Assembly: GCA_964016885.1 (NCBI GenBank)
Contig: OZ024741.1
Coordinates: 84,258,001 to 84,322,000 of the forward strand
DNA length: 64,000 nt
Source: Eledone cirrhosa
Taxonomy: Eukaryota
Direction of reading: 5' to 3'
Part shown: one piece after another, positions 25,689 to 38,736 of the stretch
How positions within the stretch are numbered: the stretch's first letter is position 1
Layout of the letters: every line of letters starts with the position of its first letter
Notes under the pieces: model-generated
The model's input: the letters and a program-made list of their open reading frames with translations, nothing else
What the model was told of the DNA's origin: nothing
Databases searched by the model: none
Program-made: the position numbers and the translations under genes

Positions 25689-26242
25689 TGAATGTATATA
25701 TAGTGTATTTTGCAATACACTGTATGCTTAATTAAAAGCAGTTCGAAGACCTTACGCTATTGTTTTAGATTAGTGACAGTCTCACTTACTTTAATTTTCA
25801 CCAAACGGAGGAGATAAAATTGATAGAGCTCTGTTTCGCACTTGTTGGTGCTTATCAAAGCTAAGTACTCCGCCTGTTTGCTGAAAATCATCAATGTTTG
25901 ATTCTTATGGAATTCTAGTAATAATCAGGAACTGATTATACAGAGCGGTTTCCGGTCAAGCAGAAATTGAAAATTAGAATTGCTGTTCTGCAATAGCGAT
26001 ATATATATGAATGTATATATAGTGTATTTTGCAATACACTATATGCTTAATTAAAAGCATTTCGAAGACGTTACGCTTTATCTCCCCTGTTTGCTGAAAA
26101 TTAAAGGAAGTGAGACTGTCGCTACTCTAAAACAATAGTGTAAGGTCTTCGAAATGCTTTTAATTAAGCATACAGTGTATTGCAAAATACACTATATATA
26201 TATTCATATATCGCTATTTCAGAGCATCAATTCTAATTTTCA
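25687..26242. mobile_element. Retrozyme-like element, locus 2 (about 1.2 monomers on minus, then about 0.5 monomer on plus)
   Basis: TGAATGTATATATAGTGTA recurs at 25689 and 26008 (319 bp apart); strand switch near 26077; same outer ends as locus 1. Confidence 0.85.
25795..25888 (-). ncRNA. Type I hammerhead ribozyme, U3-A8 core variant (second locus)
   Basis: Minus strand TTGATAA-GCAC-CAACAA-GTGC-GAAAC-AGAGCTCT-ATC; extended stem I ATTTTCAGCAAAC/GTTTGGTGAAAAT; one mismatch at pair 15.2/16.2. Confidence 0.8.
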
Positions 26243-26939
26243 TATATATATAAATATATATATATTGTTATACTTGGGGAGGGTCATATTTGTGTAATAT
26301 TGCCAGAATTAATAACAGAACACGCTCACTGTTTGGTTGGTTTTCGCTTTTCGCTTCTGTGTCTTTTATATCGGTAATCTAATATACTCGGTCCTCAATG
26401 TTGCCATTGACTGACCGACGGTCAAAAATAATACAGATTCAATATAGACACAAACACATATATATAGTTTATCATAAATCTTTCGTTGCACATCTGCAAC
26501 ATCGTCAGTGGTGCTATTGTTTCCTCCTGTTGAATTGTATGGCTACGCCATTTTTATTCAGTCTGTCTATATATTTATTTATTTGCTTGTTTGTTTATTT
26601 TATTTTGTCTTCCTTGCGCATGCGTTTGCGTGTGTGTATAGTGTTTTGTTTGATGTGTGATGTGTGTTCGTGATTGGGTGACTAATGTGTGTTTATGTGT
26701 TTGTTGTTATTGTGCTTGTGTATTTATTTATTTATTTATTTATTTTATTTTATTTTATTTACTTATACTTCTCTTAGGTCAGTGTTGTTTGTTTGGGTGT
26801 TGTTGTTATTCCATTCATTCTTTCTCTTTAGTCTTGGTCTTCTAAGTTCTATCCTTGGTCTTCTAAGTTCTATCCTTATTATTATCATGTTGTTGTTTGG
26901 ACTGTGAATAACTAAAAATCGGTGCTTCGTTAGGTTTTG

Positions 26940-28163
26940 GGTTTTAAATTGTTTATTTTGTATTTTTGCCCCAAAGAGATCATAAGACAACCATCATTCT
27001 ATTGTGCAGAGGAGATCCCATAATATTTGGGTCTAGTTAAAGGAACATCACCAAAAAAAACGAAACAATTGAAAGCAACAACAACAGCAACAATGATAAA
27101 ACAACAACATCAATGTGAATACCGACACCACAGTTCCAACAGCAACAGCAATACCAGCAAACTAAATGAGAACAGCAACAACATAAACAACGTGAACAAC
27201 CACAACATGTACACATTCGCTGCTGTCAAAGCTTAAAAAAGGCGATGTTTTCGTATGGACTTGAAAGACAAAGGGCAGTGTCGGGCCCAGGCATGGAAGC
27301 TTATCAAACGTGAGAAAACCTAAGTCAACCTAACCGTCCCGACCGAATTGATGGAGGCAATGCAACAGAAAACATTAATATATAGATGCATTTCAGTGCA
27401 GATCTGCAAAACGGAATCAACCACACAAGCTGAGGTAGAGGGCTGCACTGAAATACATCCGATAAGACATCGAATACATATCAAGGGTCATATAATTTGG
27501 TGCCTCAGGGTGTTGTTTAAATCCTTGATCCTTACTATAAAGCACACAACAACACCATGCGGGACGTACGACGTTATAATGAACCCGTCCTACATGGGAA
27601 GGCGTACAGTGAGCTTCAGGCCTGAATTTATTTTGTATCCTTGGTTGTGTAATCGAGAAGGGTATCGATGGAACCCTCATAAATGTAACCAAAACTGCTT
27701 GAGAGAACTGGTCCGGGTTGGATATGGAGATCCTTCTCCAAATTAAACTAGAACATCCCGGATTATGTTCCCCTGCAGTACAGGACTGCTATAAAAGTGG
27801 TCACTGAGGGTAAAAAGGCGCACTGATTCGTTTGCGGCGAAATGAAACATATGTGAGCCTCCTGTTAATTATGCCTTCGGCCGCAAACTTACGTTGGTTT
27901 CATACAATCCCACAACCAAAAACACCAGCGGCAGCAACACCAGTTAAAACACCACCATTAACAAAATCAAACTAAGAAAATGATGAGGAAAGCACTTTCA
28001 CTCCTCCTCCTCCTTCCACAAAGAAATATACAGTATCCCCCATACAAACCGAAACGCAGAAGCAACTGCACAGGCACCTCGTATTCACACAGCGAATAAG
28101 AGGATCTTCCAAATAAGACCTAAGAAACAAAAGACTAAACTCGAGTAAAACAAAACCGTAAAA

Positions 28164-28207
<44 letters not shown>

Positions 28208-28217
28208 GCGCACACAC

Positions 28218-28251
<34 letters not shown>

Positions 28252-29760
28252 CTGAAATCGAAGACACCACACTGACAACACCAAAAGCGCAGCAACAACA
28301 ACAACAACAACACACACAAACTTTGATTGCTAATAAGAAGGCTCAACGAGAAACAGATGGCCCTCATCACACGAAGACAAGAAATCGAATAGAAGGGGAA
28401 CATTTTGACCCCAGCTCATTTCGTGTACCCGAAGGCATCATGATGGTACGTATGCCGCTAGGGGCATACAAGGACGTTATGGAGAGTTTTCCTCGTTACG
28501 TGGGAACCCTTAATGCTAACCCATAAGTAGACTCTCAAAGGCGTTCCCAAAAGAAACCCCATCAAACGTATAGCTGGAACAACCTATCCCCACAAGTCCC
28601 AAGGAGGTAAGAAAATGTTATCTTACTCGACCAACCATCCAACATGGACATCATAAGAATATAGCGTTTAAATGTTCGTGGCGTGGGGTTGTCATGGAAG
28701 CAGGGTCAATTATTGAACGACCTCAGCTCACTAGATTTGGATGTGACTACCGTTAGTGACACCAGAATTTCTGACACACGTACACTAGATCCTATTTTCG
28801 ACGACTCTCAGATCTTCACATCGCATAGTCTGCTGGGAATGGGTGGTGTGTGGCAGCGCTGTTTAGGAAAGGCCTGGATCTCGAGGTAAGGACGATCTTC
28901 CTAGACCCGGACGGTAATTTGATTGTCCTGAAGATGAGCAATATCGAAACTGGTGCCTTTATACTGGTGGCTGAAAACTCACCGTCCATGACTGAACGGC
29001 TGAAAGTATTTAGGGCCATCTACATTGTATATATATGTTTTGTATTAGGGCAGTAGATAAGGATGGTATAGGTTGTCCACATTTCCGATCAGTCGCCTAT
29101 TCAGATCCTAAATATGTGATCTGGATGGTCGACCTAGTTAGAACACGTGGCTAAGTTTTGGTTGCCGGAAGCTCAACACATCATTCCCGGCGCGTACGGC
29201 CTACAGAGTTTGCCACCACTTTAGTTAAGTTTTAGTTGACAAGAGGGGTCGTTAAAAACAGATGGTGCGTTGTTCTCAAAGGAGGGATTAGAGTAGTTTC
29301 AATAGGGTTTAGTAAAGAAGTAGAGCTAGAAAAAAATAGAAAGGAGGCTGAACTGGTAGCTAAATTAGAAGAGGCTGTTTGTATTGGAATTGCAACTGAC
29401 CTACAAGTGGCGAGAATGACATTACGCCATTTCTTCATTGCGAAACACGAAGGTTGCATTGGCAGGGAGCTAATTGCGTGCTGTAAGAAACGAAGGAAAA
29501 AATATGTTTGATGGCACGGAATCGCGGAGCACAGCGGAGTAACAAAAACACGATTCAGTTTTTGACGGACCGAAACGAACACGTGCTGATCGATTCCAGG
29601 CAGATGTGTTCGGCTTCTCGCCAGCACTTTGCTGCGGTGCAAGTGGGTGTCGGGATTTGTGGGCATGTCCCGCAAAATTTCTCATGAAAAGTAAATTATA
29701 TATAGGCAGAGAGTTGATGGTAGATGGAAAAATCGATAATGTTTCGAACAAATTATCTTG
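26940..29760 (+). mobile_element. Decayed L1/Tx1-clade LINE: ORF1 and 5-prime part of ORF2
   Basis: Gag-like knuckle *FVCGEMKHM*ASC (CX2CX4HX4C) at 27824-27865; AP endonuclease start MDIIRI*RLNVRG..KQGQLLNDL..DV..SDT at 28644 and GVAALFRK..DPDG; post-endonuclease helical region at 29236-29511. Boundaries approximate. Confidence 0.82.
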
Positions 29761-32700
29761 AAACAATTGTTAATCTTTTTCTGTGTCCTAAGTTCATTCC
29801 CATTTGGGATCATTAAACTCTATTATACCATAGAAGGCGGAACTGCAGCATATTCACAATACTGAGGCGGAAATCTATAAAAAATGGACTAGCGAGGAAA
29901 TCTTCATATTAATAAACCATGAGTTAAACCTCACTTGTCACAACCTGTAATCTTACGCTCACCAAATATTCAACTTCAAATAAAAATTCATTACAATAAT
30001 TGATTTCTCGTTTAGGTTCTGAATGTGACATATCACTCACAATGTCTAAATCTAAATAAAAATCGAGCGAAGTACGCTATGAATTACTGAGACCCGATTT
30101 AAGACAATCCTACTAACACATATACTCGATTGCATTTCTCCATCCAAGCGCTTCCCAAATAATCGGTAGTATGCTTCTCATAATCGAGCTCAAAAATCTG
30201 GCCCCCAAACAAATGACTGTTTTTCTACAGATTGGTATCTGCTTTTTGAAGCTGTCTTCTCATAGCAGTTTTACCTTCACCCACAAACCTCGCCACCCCG
30301 CCGGTTTGTCGTTCCTCATTCATATTACTCATAATATCTAGCCTTTCCTCCCATTAATATTGCTCCTCTTGAATTCCTTATATGCGCGCATCATTCTTCC
30401 CACCATGTAGGTATGCAGATGGAACATGTGGAATCAACCACATTAAAATTACCAGTAAGGCCTGCCTGCAAAAGCGATGGGGATACCCGAATCTCCAAGA
30501 CTAAAATATTAAAATAACGTAACCCTTATCTACATTACATTTAATCGGCAATCATATTAACAAATAGAATAGTTTAGACACCTTTCAACAGAACATTGTC
30601 CAATGTTAGAAATATTTCATATATATTGATTAAACTAACAACATTAACAGCAATTTGTTGTCAACCTCATCATAAAAATCAATTAAAATATACTAGAGAA
30701 TGAAAGTTTTCGATGTTTTGTCCTAATCAAAACCATCATAAAACAGTTTGAAACGTTTTATCTGGCTCTGGTAAATTTTTTAATTCGTTTATCCAACAGT
30801 GGAAAAAGAAAAATGAGTAAAACCACCCCAGAAAAGTACAACATTTTTCAACGATTATGTCAGGAGATCAAAGGAATTACACATTCTACTAAACGGTGTA
30901 AAGTGTCATATTATGCTAAATTACAAAATGCATTCTCCAATTGGTGAAACATTTCAAATTCATCATTTAGGAAGTTTTTGTTCCGATTTGCGTTAAACAA
31001 CAACAAAACAAAAAGAAATACCACTAAAAATAAATTTCGAATTCAATTTGCGTATTTATTTTTGTTTTTGTACTCATTTATTTATTTATTTGTGTTTTTT
31101 ATTTATTTATTAGAGAAGAGTGAATGATTTTAAGGGAAATATGTGCTGTAATTGATTAGCAATTATGCTTCAAGGAATATTTTAGAAAATTGAGAGGACA
31201 ATAACAGAATACTTGAAACTAAACTAAAAAATTGCAAAGAAAAATAGCTTTATCTAAGACGGAATTCATTTCTGTTATTAATGTAAAATATTAAAATAAA
31301 AAATAATACACACACAGAAAGAAAATTTTTGTTTCATGACAAGTGGTTCACTAAAAATATGGATTTTAAATTAAAGCTAATCAAAAACTATCATAATGAA
31401 TTTTTTTTGTTCTTGTGTTTTTGTGTTACTTTTATTTCTTTATTCAAAATAAAACCACTTTAGCAGTATTTGAATAGCTAACAGCAGATATTCCGGACAT
31501 TTGTATATTTTCAATTGCACGAGCTAATTTTTTCAAGTTTTTGTTATTTTTTATATAATACTAAAAAGAACTGAAAAAAAATTTAATATTTGATTTCTAG
31601 AGAGGGAATTGTCTGGAAACTTTGTGGAAGGAAGGTAACAAACAAAATCTACAGAAAATTAAATCTTGCTCTCAAAATGCTTTCCAATGCTTCGAGCATA
31701 AACTCACAATGTTTGAGCATAAAGAAAATAAAAATGAAAATAAAAAAAATCATCTTCAACTGGTACTGGTATGCCATTATAAACAGAACTAGGAAACGTA
31801 GTTATGGTTTACAGAAATCATTGTTCCAACATATTATTTTAAACAATGTATCCACGAGATGTAGTTTCAAATTATGCCTTAACATCTCGTTTATGTTTTC
31901 ACTACATATATAGCTACGGATTTTTTTATATGGAATTTATTAAAACAAATTATATCCAGAATATCTTTCATAAGCACACCATATAAAATGAAGTAACATT
32001 TCTCACAGAACTTAGAGGGGAACGTTCGCGTCATCTCCTGTAATAATCTACGACTTAATAGATTTATCTATCATAAAACAATGTACAATATTAAGATTCA
32101 TGTGAAAATATTTTTTTCAATCTTAAAACAAACTTGCAACATTTTTGCAGTAAGTAAAATTAACAAGAATGGACATTCCTTTTGGCGGACATCAATAGAA
32201 ATTTAGCATTAAATAGATAATAGCCATGTTCCAGAAATGAGACAGCTTTGATGTAGAGCACACAAGTGTCTTCTTGGAATTGGACAGAATGTTAACAGTA
32301 ATATAGACTAGAGTATAAAGTGAGGAGCAGTCGCAATTTCAGTCCAATGCTAGAGTAATTTAATTAATACAAATAAAACTATATCTTGTGACAAAGTTCA
32401 GAGAAAAAACAAAGTATAATTAGATTTTGTCAGGTATCTTGTAGTAAATGTAAGAAGCACTTCAATGGAAATGTGTATATAACACGCAATCAGTGTTCTT
32501 GTTTGGCATTTAGTTCTCTGCCAGCTTTGTTCAATATTAACAGAACTCTGAAGAAAGCGACAGATTTGTAGAGTCAATACAAAAGGTAGTGTGAAAATAT
32601 TAATTGTAAGTAAAAGCAATGCAAGCTATATACAAACAAAATAATCGGATTAAAATATATCTTTAAAATTATATATCTTTGTTCACTTGCAAAAAATAAT

Positions 32701-33354
32701 AATAATAATTTAATCGAATTGTGTAAATGTTTTAATTTTCCTAACCGGAAAGGAAGTTGACAAACTTGTTAGGGAGTCAGACAAATATATGCCGTTCAAT
32801 AACTTTTTTCCGGCATTCTGCACTCCGAGTTCAAATCTAACTTTGATTTATTTGATTGATAGACTTACTCCGTCATTTAACTCTAACAACAAACCCAATG
32901 CTCAGGATGCTTTCATCGGAGTTCAGACTGTAGCAAGCATTCAGGCCCTTAGGTTTGAAACATTCTTTTCCCTCCCATGCCACCAATATCAAAGGTCTGT
33001 AAACTTTCATGAGTACTCCCTACCTGCCTTAGCTAAACGTTAAAAAGATATATATCAAACACTAGCTAGCTCTTTTGAATTCAGCTTGTTTTTGCTTGTG
33101 GTTGTCCTCCAAGGTTTATAGTAGAACTCCAGCTAAACAATGCAATTCCACAACACAATTAGGAATTATAGACTGACCCCAACACAATCAGCAATTAAAT
33201 TTAGATCCCCAATTGTCAATTAATAGTCATAAGGACTTAGCCTGTAACAAAAAGACTTTCCATGATCACAAAATAGATTAGGTGAGTAGTTAACTGAATG
33301 ATAGATTGTGTGATTAATTATCTGCTTAATAAGATTAATATACAGATCAACTGG

Positions 33355-33359
33355 CGTGC

Positions 33360-33446
<87 letters not shown>

Positions 33447-33452
33447 TGTGTC

Positions 33453-33509
<57 letters not shown>

Positions 33510-33536
33510 GTGTGCATGTGTGTGTGTGTTTGTGTG
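33355..33536. repeat. (TG)n microsatellite
   Basis: Directly visible. Confidence 0.97.
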
Positions 33537-34138
33537 ATTATGGACCGCTAAAAATTCTGTAATATTTAGGTCCTTTCTTGTAGCATTGTATTATTTAGTT
33601 CTTGTTCGTATAAAATAAGTTAATATATAATCTAGAGTGATATTTCCTTTTCACACCATTCCATCTGAAATATGGTCTTCTCCTTGACGTGTACACATAC
33701 AAAAAGCATTTCCTGCTAAAGAAAGAGCCAGCCCTTGCGGGTCTCAAAATAAGTATCTCTATGTTGACTTATTCTCTGCATCATCCTTGTCTCTATTCCA
33801 ATATCCAATTCATTATTTTCCTTCATTTTTTCTGAGTACTAGTGTGAGAGCATCGCAAATGAGCAATTTTGAAAAAACACAAAAACAAATGAAGAGTCTA
33901 AATAACGATGATATGGCGACAGTTTATAATATTCACTGTGAAAACATAAACAAATGGGTAAAACGGGTTATTTTCTTAATGCATATAAAAACATAAAAGA
34001 TTTCTTTAGATGATTCAAGTCTAATTGCCCATTCATAAGAAAACAAGTACCATAACCCACATATAATCAAGTGCTATCTTTAACAAAAAAAGAAACGCTT
34101 ACTTAACTGAAACGCTTAGACTAATTTGTATATATCTA

Positions 34139-34239
<101 letters not shown>

Positions 34240-34282
34240 GGAAAATGCAAAGAAGTTTCAGATGTTAAAGTCTTTTATTGAT

Positions 34283-34362
34283 AAGGTTGTGATACATATT
34301 TCAATGACAACAGTGGCCACGCGATTCCGCGTACCCAGTGCCGTGATCTCATCAGACAGCTT
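34283..34362 (-). ncRNA. Type I hammerhead motif with long stem II (solo PLE-like terminal fragment)
   Basis: Minus strand TGT-CTGATGA-GATCACGGCACTGGGTACGCG gaat CGCGTGGCCACTGTTGTCATT-GAAA-TATGTAT-C-ACA, followed by AATAAA; lies between TA tracts. Confidence 0.75.
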
Positions 34363-34841
34363 CTTACATAACAACATAACAAGGTTATGTTCTCGAGGCA
34401 AACCAAATTAAAACCACAAGGGAACGGATAAAGATGATGTTCTTGAAGCTTTCGCCCCATCATTTGTATATATATATAGTCCAGAAATAGCCGTCGAAAC
34501 GGCTTGAGCTCTGCCGTCGGGGTCTTGAACATTTTCCTATTACCCACTCTACTACCCTAAGTATTGAGTACTCTGGTGCGTTATGGTCCACCTGGTTCCT
34601 TACCACACTTCCTTCGTTATATATACAAATATATATACTTAAGTGCGTATTATAAGCACTAACGAAAGATTGAATAAGTCCTTTAAAAAAAGGGTCAGTT
34701 GAAAATATATTTTCTGAAGGTGGCTGTGACTTTGAAATTTCTGTGAATGCCTAGAAATTCATCAGGTAGGTCGCAAAAGCTGGTTACATAACACCAGTAC
34801 ATATGTACACATATACATGTACGCGCGTACGCATATATATG

Positions 34842-34877
<36 letters not shown>

Positions 34878-35189
34878 TATATATATATAGATATACATAC
34901 ATATGCATTTTTGTCAAATATATTGTTGTTATTTCGAGAGTAAGAAACGCCAAAGTAATTTAAAATCATCTGATTCCTGATACCCCGTGTAAATGTTGTG
35001 AATCAATATGAATTTCAATTAAATATGGATGATCCTGAAATGTTCTACATGCAATACATGCATCGTAATTAACATCAGGTAAAAATAGTTATATATTTAA
35101 ATTGAACATGCAAGTATATAAATACAAACATATATATTTATACATTCACACGCAAACGGACACACTCACACACTCACACATACACACAC

Positions 35190-35310
<121 letters not shown>

Positions 35311-35311
35311 T

Positions 35312-36556
35312 GAAACACAAATTTAAATTTTGCAGATCAACACAATGCGTTATGAAGATTGTTAAAATTGTTAAAAGATGAGAAAAGATCTTACCTTTGC
35401 AAATGTAACGATCTCAAATATTTTCGGGTATAAAAACCCATTATCAAGTGAGTGACCCTATAAGAGACTTAAAAATCGATCGGATAGACTTTCTTGTGTG
35501 GGAGCAGATTTAATTGAAATAATACCTGTGTGCATCCGTTATCTTCGTTGGATTCTACATCTCACCGAAGACACTACCAACGCAATTCGCAAAGCCATCA
35601 GAAGAGAGGGTCTCAATATCAAACTAGCTCACTTTGGACCTTCCCTGCTAAGATGCCACTCCACAAGCCCCCCCCCCCCCCCCCCCAATGAGGATACACC
35701 CTAGCCAATTGCCCTATCCGCAACACTAATTCTGCTTACCTTTACCTACTTACCTACCTAGGTAGTATTCAGGTTAGAATGTAACAAGTACAATCTATTT
35801 TACATAGGCAGCACTATTCGCCGTTACATCTCCGTATTAAAGAGCATGTTAACACCAACTCTTCTTCCTTCAGCAACCTCATCATCAAATGTGGGAACCG
35901 GGACAGCCTTACCAGCACAATCTTACCTACCAAACGCAGTATAGGCACGTTGAGAATTAAGGAAGCCTTCTTAATCAAGCAATTAAAACCTAAGATCAAA
36001 AATCGAATTGAAAGAAATGCACCAGAACGGCTAATTTAAAAGCCTAGATTCCAACATCATAACGGCCAGTTTCATTCTTTCTTTCTTTCAAATTAAATCT
36101 ATGTCCTCACTAGGAAAACACACTCAGACTCAAACACGCTCATACATATATCGCACACACATTTTCCCGTTTTATTATTTTATTATATACATATTCACAC
36201 ACATCTTTCACTACATAATCATATATTCATGCACACGCATACAAACATTCACGCGCGCTCATGCATATAATCATACATTTCACACGTTCGAAATTTTAAC
36301 GTCTTTTCATTTCATTTTACTTAAATCTGCTCCCATGCAAACAAGTCTAGCCGATTGATTTTTAAGTCTCTTAGAGGGTTACTCCCTTGGTAATGGGTTT
36401 TTAAACCCGAAATTATTTGGGATCGTTAAATTTGCTAAGGTAAGATTCTTTTGTTATCTTGGCAGTTTTAACAATTTTTATAACGCATTGTGTTGGTCTT
36501 CAAAATTTAAATTTGTGTTTCCTATTAAACAATGCTTCAAGCAAACTACAAAACTT

Positions 36557-36559
<3 letters not shown>
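35312..36559 (+). mobile_element. 5-prime-truncated PLE with inverted arms (35312-35522 / 36310-36521)
   Basis: Centre encodes TLANCPI..VVFRLECNKYNLFYIGSTI/PLHLRIKEHVN..LRIKEAFLIKQLKPKIKNR (GIY-YIG, frameshifted), homologous to 7680-8042; both share the tail ACAATGCTTCAAG(T/C)AAACTAC; (TA)n on both sides. Confidence 0.92.
36382..36423 (+). ncRNA. Minimal PLE hammerhead motif, probable U3-A8 core with an extra U
   Basis: TCCC-TTGGTAA-T-GGGTTT tt AAACCC-GAAA-TTATTT-GGGA; the inverted arm (35411-35452) reads TTGATAA and a palindromic AAATATTT. Confidence 0.55.
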
Positions 36560-36592
<33 letters not shown>

Positions 36593-36775
36593 GGGGCTGA
36601 AACGTTCCTGACTCTAAGGGTATCGCGAAAGGGTTGAGCTGTCACCTAGAGGGGAGGCAGGAGGACCGCTGCAATAATTGTCTGAGTCTGAAATGGGAAT
36701 ATGTTGTATAAAATCTTAACTGTATTTAATTTACCCAAAGCCAGGCACTTTTCAGCATTCCCTCATGTGTATATA

Positions 36776-36824
<49 letters not shown>

Positions 36825-38202
36825 CAGCAAGTCAACCAAATGAGTGTGCGTCTGTCCGTTTGTATATACATGTATGTGTGTTTATATATCTTCCAATGAG
36901 GAATAAATATATGAAAACCTACATACACATTTTAAAAAATATTTGTTTAAAACTACTCCATTTTATCTCTGGCTTTACTAGTGTGTTGTTCCCTATTTTG
37001 CATTACTTCATCACCTAGATATTTCATTACATAAATAAAAAAGAAACAGTAATGCTCTGCTTGAAAAGCCGAAATTCAGAACTGTTCAAGAATCATTCAA
37101 AACTTTAGAAATGAAATTTATTTTTACGAAACCTGAAAGTAAAATTTAATTGATGATTACAAAATTTAATCGAAATAGGGATCCCGACTTATTGATCGTA
37201 GGATGTAGTCCTTTAACTATAATAAAAATATATAACAGATTCTTAGATTCATATTTTCACTAAACTATATGGTATCTACCACATTTAGAATAAGGATTAG
37301 TGCGATGGAATCCGCAGTTATGTCTAGGTTATGGACCAATTTGTCTGATGTTCATTGTATGTTTTAATTAGAGCAAATTGGGCACCCATATCTATCAGGT
37401 ATAGCAACCATATTGGACCTCCTAAACTTGCTCTCCATTATATACAATGAATTGTGTCGCATCCTATAATCTCTCAGTTATTTAGAGGTTTCTTTATTTG
37501 AAGATGATTTGAAATAATCCCTTTAAAATGACTTTTGCCAGATAAAATAGAATTAATAGAAATTCTTGAAAATATGTTCTTGGCTTCTTTTTTTGTGTAT
37601 ACTTAAGACATGAAATTACGCTAAATAGGTTTTAAATTTAGTGCCATGGTTGAAGAGGTTATATTAAAGAATTAATACTTTTTATTCACCTTTACCAAAA
37701 TATATAATGTTTTCTATATTCTAAATATAAATGTAAACGTAGATTATATAAACAGAAAAATCAAGTATGCATCTGCGGTTAATGCGTTGTATTTACTTTC
37801 TTATCTTTATAGTTCATATATAATTTTTTTTATATTTGAACAATTGTAAATAAATAATGATATAAATCATGGTAATAAAAATATTTGTTCTTCCTCCGTA
37901 ATTTAGTTGTGCGGCATTTCTATCATACATTTATTATGATTCAATAAACATTCTTATACTCATTGGTTATGTAAAACGTTCGTCTAAAAAGAGTAAAACG
38001 TATGTCTAAAGGAGGGCATATTTAGAGTAAAAGAAATAGGAGTAGACCACCAAGGCGCGGGCGAGAGAATAGCTATAAATGGTCTGATCAAAACAGGCTA
38101 AACGAAGTCACGCAAAATAGGAAACTTTAGGAAGAACTAAGTCATGTTAGGGCTCAATCCGACGCAGGTGGAGACAGCGAATGATGAATGGTGATATGAA
38201 TA

Positions 38203-38330
38203 CAGCATGGCCGAATGGTTAAACAATTACTTCACATTCATATCTTTGCAGCCTCTATCCTAGTAGTTGGCGTCTTGAGTAAATATCTTTAACTGGCCTT
38301 GGGCCAATCCAAACTTTGTGAGTATAATTC
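38203..38330 (+). mobile_element. Decayed SINE of a second family
   Basis: A-box TGGCCGAATGGTTAA and body GCCTTGGGCCAATCCAAACTTTGTGAGT. Confidence 0.45.
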
Positions 38331-38549
38331 TGTTTATAATAACGTCTGATCTACTGAACCTCTCAAGAGCACCCTTGACACACAATTGGTAACCCTGACT
38401 CTCCCTGATAATTGTCCTATGTGGACTGTTCAGCTGTTAAGTTCTCTACCAGGCTGTTGAACTAATTGAACAACTTAGAAGTTCCCAATCGAAACGTACA
38501 CATTTCGTTAGCTACGAGGTGGGCTTTGAAAGATGCATAGATTGTCATT

Positions 38550-38736
38550 AATTGTTTCTACTTTTGGCACAAGGCCAGAAATTACCCATTTCATTACTAG
38601 TACTTTATTTTATCGAGCTGGTAAGGATGAAAGGCAAAATTAACCTCGACGGGATTAGAACTCAGACCGTAAAGGGATGTAACTATGCTGGAAAGCATGG
38701 CGTCCGACCCTCTACCGATACTGCCAATTCACTACC
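38550..38736 (-). mobile_element. tRNA-derived SINE, main family
   Basis: Full-length match to the copies at 12461, 45025 and 59850. Confidence 0.92.

Noticed and set aside
34715-34775. Minus-strand CTGATGA with ATTTCT/AGAAAT stem
   Set aside because: The stem is not followed by GAAA and no stem I partner was found.
36589-36660. Possible mariner 5-prime TIR after (TA)n
   Set aside because: Short and degenerate, with no partner TIR or transposase nearby.
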